Assembly: GCA_032718475.1 (NCBI GenBank)
Contig: JAUCBJ010005615.1
Span: forward strand, 1 to 64,000
Direction of reading: 5' to 3'
Source: Nemertoderma westbladi
Taxonomy: Eukaryota; Animalia; Xenacoelomorpha
Length of the DNA stretch: 64,000 bases
The notes under the pieces were generated by a model. The model made no database searches, was not told where the DNA came from, and worked only from the letters and a program-made list of their open reading frames with translations. This document shows positions 11,394 to 25,191 of the stretch, in pieces (position 1 is the stretch's first letter; the number at the start of each line of letters is the position of its first letter). Both the position numbers and the translations under genes were made by a program.

Positions 11394-13505
11394 TATTTAT
11401 TTATTTATTTATTTATTTAATTCGTTAATAAAAACATATTTATTAATTTAATAAGCACAACATTAAATATAAAATGATAAAACAACGTAAGTACTGTATA
11501 AAGTTGTAATTAATAGTATATAAGTTAGTAATTAATTGTCTTATATGACAAAAATATTGCGGATTCAGATAAGCAACATCGCCGTATGGCTAATAATACA
11601 TTATTAGTAGATAAACACACTATTTTAAATAGGCTATGCAATGAGAATCTACGGGTGTGAATAATGGAGTTGATGCGAAGCTGAGTAAGCATTCCGCTCG
11701 CACTGTCCATTCTACCAAACCCGAATAACTTACGCACAGAATTATTTAGTGCGACCCTCAATTTGTTAAATACATTCTGGGTAAAATATACGTCGGACCA
11801 TAGGGCATTACAGTAAACGTTTCCACAGTATGCTGCAAATAGTCGCAGTTTAACAGCTAGAGAACATTTACTAAATTTACGCACAATTGTATTAGATCGA
11901 GCATAAAAGCATCTAGTCTGCGCTTTGATGTCTAAATCATCGCAGAAATCAGAACTTATAATATGGCCTAAGTATTTGTACTTTGATACAATTTCTAACG
12001 GCTTATCACTAAGAATAAAATGCGGTAATATTGTGAAGCATTTCCGGAGACGGCTATGTAACACTTTGACTTTATGATATTATATACCATATTATTATCA
12101 TTAGCAAATTTACTGCAAATGCTTAGCAAATACTGTAAAGCAGACGGGTTGGATGCAATTAGGACCAGGTCGTCTGCATACAATAAATGATTAATGCACC
12201 TTAAGTTTAGATTGCATCCTATATCACAATCGGTAAGTTTAATACTAAGACTATTGATAAACACATTGTATAAACTGGGGCTGAGTATACTGCCCTGTCT
12301 GCAGCCATTTATGCAATGGAAAGCCTGAGACAGAGCCCCCGCCCACTTAACTGCAATAGTTTGATTGCGGTACCAGAAAAATAAAATTCTCAAAATAAAT
12401 AAAGAAATACCACATTCTAATAAGCGGGAGAATAATATCCCATGATCTATATGATCGAAGGCTTTACTAGCATCGAGAAAAGCTATGTAAACATTAGAAC
12501 CATTAAGCAAGTACCGGTACTTATTAATTATTTCATTTAGCGAATAAACTGAGAGCTCAGTACCCAGAGATTTCTTGAAACCGAACTGGTTATCAGTTGT
12601 ATATAAACGAATTTCTATGCGTGAGAGAATAATAAATTCAAATACTTTACTAACAATGGACGATAAGGCAATGGGTCGGTAGTTTGACTTATCACTGAGA
12701 TTGCCAGACTTATCTTTTACAACAGGCGAAATAACTGAGTGCATCATACTGGCGGGTATATAACCGTGTATATTTATGGCACTATATAAAAATGATAAAA
12801 ATAAAAATAGCTTATTTGATGAATTAATTAAATGCTCAGCGTAGACCCCGTCTGGTCCAGGGGCTTTGTGTAACTTTAAAAGCCTAACGGCTGGGACAAT
12901 CTCACTCTGTGTAAAGAACATCTCTTCAGTAAAAGACACATTATGTAGAGCGTCGCTTACGCGGGTGAGGTTAGCGTCGGGAGGAATTGCATTAAAAATT
13001 TCGCAATAATGGTCGCGCCACATAGACGCAATGTTCGCATCTCCAGTCACCCCGCCTATATTCGCTGGTGGGGCGCAGCGGTACTGAATGTCGCGCTTTA
13101 TGTTGTTCCAAAATGTATTTGTGTTGCCCTTACTATCCGATAATAAGGACTCTGCATATTTATCACAACGAGCTGTCTCATTATCCCGCTTGCATTGCCG
13201 GAATGCGTGTTTAAAACGTGCTCGGGTTAGGAGCATTTGCTCATGGACGGGGCCACTGCGGGGACTACCCTCAACACGCCAGTCGAGGAACGCCTCTCGA
13301 GCATCGTGGTGGAACTCCTTTACGTTGGCGTTCCACCCGGGTACCTCGGACTTCGCTCCCGCAGGTTTACCACCGGACTGCGGAATCGTTTGGTCGGCTG
13401 CCGTTTTTAGCGCGTTAACGATATCATCGTAAAAGTCGTTTATATCCGATTCGTGAGTAGTACATGAGCAGTTCCTGCAGGAGATTGCTTCACGAGGGAA
13501 TGTAA
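11394..13505 (-). mobile_element. 5'-truncated non-LTR retrotransposon (RTEX-like) with RT and one frameshift
   Basis: VPGWN..DW..GSPRSG, KAPGPDG, NYRPIALSS, QFGFKK, FLDASKAFD, GCRQGSILSP, LLYADDLVL; C-terminus in ORF 11525-12064 (KYKYLGH); (TAAA)n tail at 11394-11420. Clade assignment is tentative. Confidence 0.9.
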
Positions 13506-14329
13506 ATCCTCTCCTCTCCTCCACTTTCTTACCCAATGGAAATTGTTGTTGTTATAATATAATATTGGGGCGGCTTTCTCTCGGTAACAGAAAAACCAGA
13601 TGCATTTTTTTAGGTGTGTGCTTATATTTCTACACCATATGTCCTGGAATATACAGTACTGTACACACAGTAGTGTGTACTAGGCTCTGGGGCAAATACC
13701 ACACCCTGGTTTGCCATTCCACAGGGTGGGTGTCGCAATGGAGTCAGATATGAGGCCTATCATCCATATCTACTCCGGCGTACATGACCCACCATTGGCT
13801 GTTGCAGCTCATCTGCTGGGTCATGCCCTGTACCCTTGCTGCCAGGTGCAGGTCGCAGTGAAGTGCTCTCAGAGTGGACATGAGAACACTCTACTCCTGA
13901 CCAGCCATTGGTAGATCACCATATGTCTGGTCAGGCCATATACCCCTGCAGCCAAGTATACGGGTCCTTAATCCAGGACCAAGGGCGTCCTTATCCCAGA
14001 ACGAAGGGGGTCCTAGTTACAGGACCAGATTTGCCCTAGTGAGAGGGTCTATGCAGCTACAGGTGGCACCTCCTTTATGCTGCATGGAGGTGGCAAGTTT
14101 TCTTGATCAATGACCTAGAATACCTGACCTGACAAAGTGTACAGTAGTGTGTAATTCAGTGACTTAGACGAGGCGTCCTTTATGACAGGCCATGCAACCG
14201 AAAAAAACTACAAAATTATTGTAGGCTGGTACATCTTAACTATATTTAACCACAAAATCTATTTGTATATTGTTTGTGGGAAGAGCTACGGAGTCTGTGG
14301 GTCGAGCCGCGAAGTCATGCGAACCTTAG

Positions 14330-14970
14330 CATTCAGCTTAGTACTGGCAAAATCGATCTCGTCCCTTTTTGTCTGTCTGTCCTGCTCAAGTTTGAACGGC
14401 AATATCTCAGCAAGGCTTGGCGAAATTTGTTGAAATTTGGTAAACTGTGAAAGGTTTACAATGTTTCAGAATTACGGATCTTACAATATTTTGGTTCGCC
14501 GCTAGGAGGCGCTAAATATAACGTCGTCTATGTTTAATAACTTTTGAACCAAAATAAATAAATTTTGATAAAACTATTATCCAGGCACAGGGTGGTCAAA
14601 AAAACTGTACCCATGGAAACTGCTACAAAAACTTTAATGTTTATCAAAACACATCGAAATGTTGTAGTCGGACATTTTGAATAGTTTTGAACACCAAATA
14701 TCAATCTATAGAACATTTCCCAAAAATGTCCGTCTGTCTGTTTGTCCGCCAGTCCGTTTCAAGGTATCTTAAGAACTGCTGGACAGTTCTCTCAGTTGGC
14801 ATATCAACGGGTTGTTATGAATCAGGGTTAAGACAAAACCCATACGAATAGCAGGTTTTCAACCGAAAACCAGCCCGATCCGAGGTTAAAAATAAATTGA
14901 GTTGAGAATCTGAGAAATTGAGTACTGCCGCGTTATACGCGGACGCCTTATGGACTTAGACGCACTCCAA
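14330..14970. mobile_element. Helentron/DINE-like non-autonomous repeat
   Basis: GTCTGTCTGTCC microsatellite and CCGCTAGGAGGCGC motif; similar motifs at 18240-18720 and 28110-28650. Confidence 0.4.
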
Positions 14971-15121
14971 TTGTTTCTACAAATGTTATTGACATGAATG
15001 AAACAGATATAGTTAATGAACATAACAATGTTTCCAAGTCATCTGAGGTTTCAAAACACCAAAGAGTCTGGCCATTTAGCTAGCTTATCTGGCTATAAAG
15101 TTATTGATTCTGCGACTTCTA

Positions 15122-15355
15122 AGGGGTGAATACAAAACAAAGACCCAAATAATAAAGACATGTACAAAACACATGTGTTAACTTTCGTTTATTGTTTTGG
15201 TTCCCCCAACCCTTTACTACCCTGCCCCTCTAAATGGCAATGGGACCTAACGCTCTTTGGGACCTAACGCTCTTTGGGACCTAACGCTCTTTGGGACCTG
15301 TACAAAACTAAGAGGTAAAGTAGCGTTAGGTCCCAAAGAGCGATAGGTCAAGTCT
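15122..15355. mobile_element. MITE fragment with internal 17-bp GGGACCTAACGCTCTTT repeats
   Basis: Shares terminal and internal sequence with 16900-17562. Confidence 0.6.
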
Positions 15356-16899
15356 ATTTAAGGGGGGGGGGGGGGGGGGGTAGCACCCCCAAATTGAAGC
15401 TCACATTATTGTGTCTCTGGACCATGAAATTGGGTGAAAATTATTTTTTCTGCTACTAAACAACGTCTGGACTGTGTGAGAATAGCCAAACCAAATATTT
15501 TTAAAATTGGCCCCATAATGGCTCCGTAATGGCCAAAAGTGCCTTTTTGCGCCAAGGGCTATTTCTCCACCAATATTTGTTAAAAATTGTTGAAATTTGG
15601 ATTATAGGTTCAGAAGAACCCTGCATCCAATTCTTCTTAACAAATTTTGCCTCAAATGCTCTGGAGCCTTTTTAGAACAAAAAGGCCCCTAAAAAGGGCT
15701 TTTTTTTGGCCTTTTTGATATAAAAAGGCTCCAGGTCATTTCCAACCAAATTTGTTAAGAAGAAGTATGGAGAAGGGTAATCTTAACAAGTGTACTAAAT
15801 TTCAACTCATTTCAGTCAAAATTGGCTGAGAAATAGCATTTTTCATGAAAAAACGTCGTTCTGAGATATGGGTGTTTAAAGTTTAAGGAACAATTTAAAC
15901 CTTCCCGCTATTTTAGATAATACCAATTTTCTTATTTCGTCAATAACTTTGTCAAAAATGAATGAAATTCAACGAAATTTTTCATGCTTGCTAAACACAT
16001 AACTGTAGTAAAACAACGTTTTAGCAATTTTATGCATATCTATACCGTGAGAGCCTTATTATGAAAAGGGCCCCACACAATTGTTAAATATAGTGCTGCT
16101 GTAAGGCTTTACAAAAATCAGACTAGCTCTTACGTTTTGGGTAATTGAGTTTGAAAAAATATATGAGAAAACTGCTGGCAGATTTGAAATCTCCATTAAT
16201 TTTGGCACATGATAGAATAAAAAAACTTTTTTGTCAATTTCCAAAATAGGGGGGTGCCAACCCAGCCAAACTAAACGAACAGGGCAACTCAATACTCTTG
16301 TCACTTACAAATAGACTCAAGCGTTAAGTTCGTACCCCGGTACTGACAGACTGGAGTGTTATTATCAGCATATATATCAGTTATAGTTATGTTTAATATT
16401 TCATACTTACTTTATTACCTAACATTATTTGCTTTTGTGTTTAATTATCCCTGGTGGTGGCTACTGTATAGTTGAAACGTGGGAAATTTTATGAAATAAT
16501 TATATACTGTATTTATAGCGGAATAATCGATATATCATGAAATTATTCTCAAATATAATTTCATCTATCTCTTCCCTAGTGGGTGAGTGAGAATATTTAT
16601 TTTTGCTTTTATTCTCTGGCTACAAGCGTTTGAAAAATGTGTCTCCGTCGAAATTTCACTAGTTACGCCGCAGTTATTTTTCAACCTTACAGTAATGGAA
16701 AGCTGGAAAAAGATGGCAAGATGGAAAAAGCTGGAAAATGTATTTGCATACGAATTCAGGCCATTTATTCTATTTAATAAATACACCATGTTCTAGAACA
16801 TTTTGTTTATGTATGAATATCCAGACATACTAGTATTATTATAATATACTGTAGGCATTGCATTGTTGCCTGTAGCAAAGCCATCGTACGTAATACATT

Positions 16900-17562
16900 G
16901 GGGTGAGTACAACTACTAGGATTGGCATGCTGCATTGCAGCTGCATTTTTAAGAATGCTGTGCCGGCTTGTCGACAAAATCGCGCCGCCACAACTCCCTA
17001 TCACACATATTTGCTAGATCATGCGTCTCAAGAAAGTCATGGACTGTCCACCATGCTTATTCATTCCATAAGGCTGCCAAAGTACAAGATTATGCACTGG
17101 CTGGTCCTCACGGCGAAAGCAATGTCCTGCAAAGCGGAGGCGACTTTGTTCTAGTGTGAAGCTTGGGGGAACCAATGAGACACCTCCAATGTTATATAGT
17201 GTCTGGTTGGAGAAGTGTGCATTGTACTAGACACACTCGTGTACCCAACACGCCTCTGTAACCTGCTCCTTTACTAACCTTATCCTTTAAATGGCAATGG
17301 GACCTAACGATCTTTGTGACCTAACACTCTTTGTGACCTAACGCTCTCTGGGACCTAACGCGACTTTATCTCTTAGTTTTGTACAGGTCACAGAGAGCGT
17401 AAGGTCATAAATAGCGTTAGGTCCCATTGTCATTTAAAGGAGCAGGTTAGTAAAGGAGCAGGTTACAGAGGCGTGTTGGGGAACCAAAACAATAAACGAA
17501 AGTTAACACATATTACAAGATTATGCAGGTTACTTAATTGGGTCTTTGTTTTGTACTCATCC
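16900..17562. mobile_element. MITE (TIR GGGGTGAGTACAA / TTGTACTCATCC) with an RTE fragment in its left arm
   Basis: Nested inverted repeats CCCAACACGCCTCTGTAACCTGCTCCTTTACTAACC at 17244 and 17445-17480; GACCTAACG repeats. Confidence 0.6.
16911..17235 (-). mobile_element. Second 3' fragment of the RTE LINE
   Basis: Highly similar to 8190-8548, with a short internal deletion; same (GTA)n tail. Confidence 0.85.
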
Positions 17563-18120
17563 TAATATATTGAATTGCGATGGCCTTGTCTGTGGCCGAG
17601 CTACTTATGAAATACACATTTTGTAGAACGTGGAGCATTCATTAAATAGAAATGGCCTATAGCGGAAGCAAATACATGCAACATTCGAATGCCAGATGAT
17701 CAGCTTAACATAAATCAGACTTATCTGAAATGGTTCTTAATCAGAATACACTCGTAATGTATCATGTACTCGTTTGCCAATCTTGCACCCCCCCCCCCCC
17801 CCCCCCCCCTGGTACACTCACCCAACTATTATAGCCAGCCGTCTACACGCTCTTATTAACTATTTTTTTTAAACTACGTATACTACAGTATATGGTGAAG
17901 GATCTAGACACTAATTTATCTTATTGTGTTTATTTACCCTGAACGGGGGTGAATCTTTCAATAAAAAAATATTGTTATATTATAACCTATTAATAAATTA
18001 TGACTGATATAATAGTCAGTAACTGTTATGTGACCAGAGATGTAAGTATACATTTAATTATAGAGTACGGGGATGCAAATGCATACCATACTGGTACACG
18101 TTCGTGGGGACTTCGCGCAG

Positions 18121-18714
18121 CACGTAGTCGGCAAGCCTTGGCATACCGTTCATATAGAGCAAATGGGGCATGTCTAGTTTGGACCCAATATCCCATGCTA
18201 TAAATGTATTCATTCGATATACAATCATATGCTAATCCGCTAGGTGGTGTCAAATTGTTATTCTGCAATTTCGTACTTACCAGTGCAGCACTGTACAGCA
18301 GTACCGTACCGGTAGGCCTATGTCATTACTTCTGAGTCTCTAGCAGATCCCCAATTAAATGTCTTAACTTTTCAATTTCGTAAAAGATAGACTTCATGAT
18401 TCTCTACAAGCAACCAAAATTTCAGCTCAGGAAAATGAGGCGTTCCCGAGAAATTTAACATTTTCTAAAAACCACATAATCTGTCGTAGCTGACGTCAGA
18501 CTGCATGATTTTTCACCAAACTTTACAAACTTTCTAAACTTTCTCTCTACTACTTACCTACTAAGTTTGGTTCAATTCCGAACGAGCGATGCCGAGAAAT
18601 TCGCGTTCAAACATTTACCAGACAGACGGACAGACAGACAGACGGACAGACAGACAGACGGACATGCCCCACTTGCCCTATATGAACCGTATGCCAAGGC
18701 TCGCCGACTACGTG
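18121..18714. repeat. About 54-bp inverted repeat pair with (CAGA)n microsatellite; DINE/HINE-like ends
   Basis: CACGTAGTCGGCAAGCCTTGGCATACCGTTCATATAGAGCAAATGGGGCATGTC at 18121; near-perfect reverse complement at 18661-18714. Confidence 0.7.
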
Positions 18715-20164
18715 TCTCGCCCCACATTATATTGGAATTGGATGCAACATGTGTGGTGTGTTTGGAGATATTATGGACTAGGGATGTATTTATATAGAAT
18801 CCGCATAAATTCTCTCCGGGTATCATATCAAAGATCTGGAAAACTAATTAACTTAAATAACAATGTACAGTGTATACCATATCAATGAAAGAACCATTGG
18901 AATGTAATTAATTTGCTGGATATAGATGGACTGGCACAGATAAAGATTAGTTGAATAGTTTATAGGTGACGGTAGGTCAATAGTTCGTGGCTATATCTTT
19001 ACAGTAAGTAGTGTACAGTGTCGGATTAACAAAGGCTTACAAGGCACGTGTCTTTGGATAACAAGAACTAATATAGATTATTACAATACAAATATTCACG
19101 AGTTCTAATGTGTATCAATATTGTGATTAAATGATGAATTTAAGCTACCAAATATTATGTGTTCAAATTCTAGACGTAAAATAAATCACAAGCGAAAACA
19201 AAAAAAACTTCGATACAACGGGGGAAATCCCATCTCGGTGAATTAATAATTCGTCTCAATGTTACATTATCAATTATTTTGGGAAAGGAGCAGGTTACAA
19301 TGGCACGTTATTCTAATCAAAACAATAAACTACAGTATAGTCAATTGAACAGGTTCCAGTAATATTTTTGAGGGTAATCAGCTGTTATTTGCGTCGAGTT
19401 TCCCCTGGAGGGGGATAGATTTTGATTACGCCAAAAGTCCCAAATTTTTGCAAAACCTTAAAACTAAGACTCAGTTATGTAGGTAACCCTCAGTTACCAA
19501 GGTTACATCATTCCACGCCAAAGTCGACGCTTTTGCAAAAAGAGAAAAATGAACGAACGCAAAATGAAAAAAATTAACGAACATAGTGTAAGTGGAAATA
19601 AAGCCACGCGATGTATATAGCACTGTAATGCATGTAGTTGATTCCGAATATGTAGCATTTATGAAACAGCTTCCAAGGAACAAGTGTTGTTGCTTAAAAA
19701 AAGTGAAAGAAATATTGATGGTGGGATTTCTCAAATTTTATAATTTTAGAGTGAAAGATATTCCTTGGGCGAAGCAAATACAATGACTTTGAAATATACC
19801 TATCAGGCATTCAAAAACTACAAATAAAGTGTTTTTAATTTTTTTAATTTATAAGTATATAAAAAAAATTTTTTTTTAATTTTTTATTGTTAAATTTTTT
19901 TTAATCCTCAGATCGGGGATCTGAAAACGATTGAATGCTAATTCTACTGGTTCATCACAAGCCAACAAGAAGTTAACCCCACTAAAACAATGATTCCAAT
20001 GTCATAATTATATTATTTTTAAAACATTCTCCAATAATGGCAATGTTACTTCACATAGCCAAACAGCCATAGACCAATTTCACATTACCTAACACCACGG
20101 TTGGGTGCAATCTTCGCCCAGGGAAACCTTCGCCAAGATTTACAATTTGCACATACAGTCTTCC

Positions 20165-21902
20165 TTTGTAAACAAACGGTCTATCATTGTAAACAAACAT
20201 TATCTCTTTGTAAACAAACAGTTTCTCTTTGTAAACAAACAGTCTCTATTTGTAAACAAACAGTTTCTCTTTGTAAACAAACAGTTTATCTTTGTAAACA
20301 AACAGACTCTCTTTGTAAACAAACAGTCTCTATTTGTAAACAAACAGTCTCTATTTGTAAACAAACAGTCTCTATTTGTAAACAAACAGTCTCTATTTGT
20401 AAACAAACAGTTTCTATTTGTAAACAAACAGTTTCTCTTTGTAAACAAACAGTTTATCTTTGTAAACAAACAGTCTCTATTTGTAAACAAACAGTTTCTC
20501 TTTGTAAACAAACAGCTTATCTTTGTAAACAATCAGACTCTCTTTGTAAACAAACAGTCTCTATTTGTAAACAAACAGACTCTCTTTGTAAACAAACAGT
20601 TTCTCTTTGTAAACAAACAGACTCTCTTTGTAAACAAACAGTCTCTATTTGTAAACAAACAGTTTATCTTTGTAAACAAACAGTCTCTACTTGTAAACAA
20701 ACAGTTTCTCTTTGTAAACAAGCAGTTTATCTTTGTAAATAAACAGACTCTCTTTGTAAACAAACAGTCTCTATTTGTAAACAAACAGTTTCTCTTTGTA
20801 AACAAACAGTCTCTATTTGTAAACAAACAGTCTCTATTTGTAAACAAACAGTTTCTCTTTGTAAACAAACAGTCTCTATTTGTAAACAAACAGTTTCTCT
20901 TTGTAAACAAACAGCTTATCTTTGTAAACAAACAGTCTCTATTTGTAAACAAACAGTCTCTATTTGTAAACAAACAGACTCTCTTTGTAAACAAACAGTC
21001 TCTATTTGTAAACAAACAGTCTCTATTTGTAAACAAACAGTTTCTATTTGTAAACAAACAGTTTCTCTTTGTAAACAAACAGTTTCTCTTTGTAAACAAA
21101 CAGTTTCTCTTTGTAAACAAACAGTCTCTATTTGTAAACAAACAGTTTCTCTTTGTAAACAAACAGCTTATCTTTGTAAACAATCAGACTCTCTTTGTAA
21201 ACAAACAGTCTCTATTTGTAAACAAACAGACTCTCTTTGTAAACAAACAGTTTCTCTTTGTAAACGAACAGTCTCTATTTGTAAACAAACAGTTTATATT
21301 TGTAAACAAACAGTTTCTCTTTGTAAACAAACAGTTTATCTTTGTAAACAAACAGTCTCTATTTGTAAACAAACAGTTTCTCTCTGTAAACAAACAGCTT
21401 ATCTTTGTAAACAATCAGACTCTCTTTGTAAACAAACAGTCTCTATTTGTAAACAAACAGACTCTCTTTGTAAACAAACAGTTTCTCTATGTAAACAAAC
21501 AGACTCTCTTTGTAAACAAACAGTCTCTATTTGTAAACAAACAGTTTCTCTATGTAAACAAACAGACTCTCTTTGTAAACAAACAGTCTCTATTTGTAAA
21601 CAAACAGTTTCTCTTTGTAAACAAACAGTTTCTCTTTGTAAACAAACAGTCTCTATTTGTAAACAAACAGTTTCTCTTTGTAAACAAACAGCTTATCTTT
21701 GTAAACAAACAGACTCTCTTTGTAAACAAACAGTTTCTCTTTGTAAACAAACAGTCTCTATTTGTAAACAAACAGACTCTCTTTGTAAACAAACAGTCTC
21801 TATTTGTAAACAAACAGTCTCCCTTGTAAACAAACAGTCTCTATTTGTAAACAAACAGTCTCCCTTGTAAACAAAACAGTCTATCTTTGTAAACAAACAG
21901 TC
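20165..21902. repeat. 21-bp minisatellite (TTGTAAACAAACAGTYTCTMT), about 83 copies
   Basis: Direct reading of the tandem array. Confidence 0.98.
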
Positions 21903-22457
21903 TCTCTTTTTCTACTGAAATTAATACACACAAGAAGAAACAATCCAAACCGGCCGTTATACCTTTGCATTCTAACTAACGATCCTTTTCAACAAATTAA
22001 AAATTGTATGTTAAATAATTAAGACTCCTTTTTATTCGTATTTGTTATCAATATATTAATAATCACCATAAAAACTCTAGAAGCGACATCAAATAAAGGA
22101 AAAACACTAATTATTAGCATTGACAACGTTCAATATTATTAACATAGCACACTGTTAGCATAGGGGGAATTAGCTTAATTAGCAAACAGCATTACAAAAT
22201 TATTAGGTGAAATAATAACACCATAGAGAAAATAGAATTATTACTTAGCGAAGTAGAATAAATAAAATGAACTGTATAATAAATATATTGAATAGCTATT
22301 GGATTGGCTCGCAGCATTCAAATTTAACAGTAAAGATTCGATTTAACACACCACAAATACAGTTGGGGAAAATTAATTGCAATTTCGGTTGAATCTGGCT
22401 TTATAGTTATGTTACTTTTTTACATCATAATAATCTATGTTGCAATGGGGAGCGATG

Positions 22458-24665
22458 GTTAGATTATTTGGTTAGGATTATATTATTTGGTTAGGATTAG
22501 ATTATTTGGTTAGGATTAGATTATTTGGTTAGGATTATAATATTTGGTTAGGATTAGATTATTAGGTTAGGATTAGGTTATTTGGTTAGGATTAGATTAT
22601 TTGGTTAGGATTAGATTATTTGGTTAGGATTAGATTATTTGGTTAGGATTAGATTATTTGGTTAGGATTAGATTATTTGGTTAGGATTAGATTATTTGGT
22701 TAGGATTAGATTATTTGGTTAGGATTAGATTATTTGGTTAGGATTAGATTATTTGGTTAGGATTAGATTATTTGGTTAGGATTCGATTATTTGGTTAGGA
22801 TTAGATTATTTGGTTAGGATTAGGTTATTTGGTTAGGATTAGATTATTTGGTTAGGATTAGATTATTTGGTTAGGATTAGGTTATTTGGTTAGGATTAGA
22901 TTATTTGGTTAGGATTAGATTATTTGGTTAGGATTAGGTTATTTGGTTAGGATTAGGTTATTTGGTTAGGATTAGGTTATTTGGTTAGGATTAGATTATT
23001 TGGTTAGGATTAGAATATTTGGTTAGGATTAGATTATTTGGTTAGGATTAGATTATTTGGTTAGGATTAGATTATTTGGTTAGGATTAGATTATTTGGTT
23101 AGGATTAGAATATTTGGTTAGGATTAGATTATTTGGTTAGGATTAGATTATTTAGTTAGGATTAGATTATTTGGTTAGGATTAGGTTAGGATTAGATTAT
23201 TTGGTTAGGATTACGTTATTTGGTTAGGATTAGATTATTTGGTTAGCATTAGATTATTTGGTTAGGATTAGATTATTTGGTTAGGATTAGATTATTTGGT
23301 TAGGATTAGATTATTTGGTTAGGATTAGGTTATTTGGTTAGGATTAGATTATTTGGTTAGGATTAGATTATTTGGTTAGGATTAGATTATTTGGTTAGGA
23401 TTAGGTTAGGATTAGATTATTTGGTTAGGATTACGTTATTTGGTTAGGATTAGATTATTTGGTTAGCATTAGATTATTTGGTTAGGATTAGATTATTTGG
23501 TTAGGATTAGGTTAGGATTAGATTATTTGGTTAGGATTAGATTATTTGGTTAGGATTAGATTATTTGGTTAGGATTAGATTATTTGGTTAGGATTAGATT
23601 ATTTGGTTAGGATTAGGTTAGGATTAGATTATTTGGTTAGGATTAGATTATTTGGTTAGGATTAGATTATTTGGTTAGGATTAGATTATTTGGTTAGGAT
23701 TAGATTATTTGGTTAGGATTAGATTATTTGGTTAGGATTATATTATTTGGTTAGGATTAGGTTAGGATTAGATTATTTGGTTAGGATTAGATTATTTGGT
23801 TAGGATTAGGTTATTTGGTTAGGATTAGATTATTTGGTTAGGATTAGATTATTTGGTTAGGATTAGGTTATTTGGTTAGGATTACATTATTTGGTTAGGA
23901 TTTGATTATTTGGTTAGGATTAGATTATTTAGTTAGGATTAGATTATTTGGTTAGGATTAGATTATTTGGTTAGGATTAGATTATTTGGTTAGGATTAGA
24001 TTATTTGGTTAGGATTCGATTATTTGGTTAGGATTAGATTATTTGGTTAGGATTAGGTTATTTGGTTAGGATTAGATTATTTGGTTAGGATTAGATTATT
24101 TGGTTAGGATTAGGTTATTTGGTTAGGATTAGATTATTTGGTTAGGATTAGATTATTTGGTTAGGATTAGGTTATTTGGTTAGGATTAGGTTATTTGGTT
24201 AGGATTAGGTTATTTGGTTAGGATTAGATTATTTGGTTAGGATTAGAATATTTGGTTAGGATTAGATTATTTGGTTAGGATTAGGTTATTTGGTTAGGAT
24301 TAGGTTATTTGGTTAGGATTAGGTTATTTGGTTAGGATTAGGTTATTTGGTTAGGATTAGATTATTTGGTTAGGATTAGAATATTTGGTTAGGATTAGAT
24401 TATTTGGTTAGGATTATATTATTTGGTTAGGATTAGATTATTTGGTTAGGATTAGGTTAGGATTAGATTATTTGGTTAGGATTAGGTTAGGATTAGATTA
24501 TTTGGTTAGGATTAGGTTATTTGATTACGATTAGGTTAGGATTAGATTATTTGGTTAGGATTAGATTACTAGGTTAGGATTAGATTATTTGGTTAGGATT
24601 AGATTATTTGGTTAGGATTAGGTTATTTGGTTAGGATTAGATTATTTGGTTAGGATTAGGTTATT
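22458..24665. repeat. 19-bp satellite (GTTAGGATTAGATTATTTG), about 115 copies, containing TTAGG
   Basis: Direct reading; occasional TTAGGTTAGG variants. Confidence 0.98.
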
Positions 24666-24675
24666 CATATATTAA

Positions 24676-25041
24676 GAAGCCGCCCATAAATGACGTCACG
24701 CGGGGTATTGGGGAGGGGGGGATTTCGTGACAAATTGTGAAAAGGAGGGAGGGAGAAGTCATCTGATTTGTGATGTTACATTGATACTGGTTTAAAGAAC
24801 ATGATCGTACGAGCCAATTTGACTCGAATTGTGAAGTATAATGATAATGACACTATCTGTCTGTATACATGTATATACATACATATACATATATATACCT
24901 GTATTTATTTTTGTGACTGCGACATAGGGGAGAGGATGGGGGGGGGGGGGGGGGGGGCGATTTCGTGATGATTTGTGACAAAGGGTGGAGGGGGGTCAAA
25001 AATGGTCAAATAAAGCGTGACGTCACCTGTCGACGTCCCCT
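24676..25041. mobile_element. PIF/Harbinger (Tourist-like) MITE
   Basis: Degenerate TIRs GCCGCCCATAAATGACGTCACG / CGTGACGTCACCTGTCGACGTCCCC flanked by TAA-like sites; G-rich interior; related to 37545-37912. Confidence 0.6.
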
Positions 25042-25191
25042 AATGAATAATCGATTAACATGTTAAAACTGTATAATTATAGAAACCTTCCAAATTTGTT
25101 CATTAGAAACCGTTTTATATAATCCGGAAAATCTGCACATGTGGATGTCAAAGCGAACCTTCACTGGGGTATAATTATTGGCTACCAAGAA

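Noticed and set aside
13690-14130. Possible decayed integrase zinc-binding fragment on the minus strand (LRALHCDLHLAARVQGM...WWGH)
   Set aside because: Multiple stops and too little motif conservation to call; not in the orientation of element B.
20101-21896. Long ORFs (574 aa FVNKQ..., 213 aa CKQTV...) on both strands
   Set aside because: By-products of a stop-poor 21-bp tandem repeat; no unique coding sequence.
22458-24665. True telomere or interstitial (TTAGG)n tract
   Set aside because: The period is 19 bp rather than 5 bp, and the array is internal and flanked by ordinary sequence.
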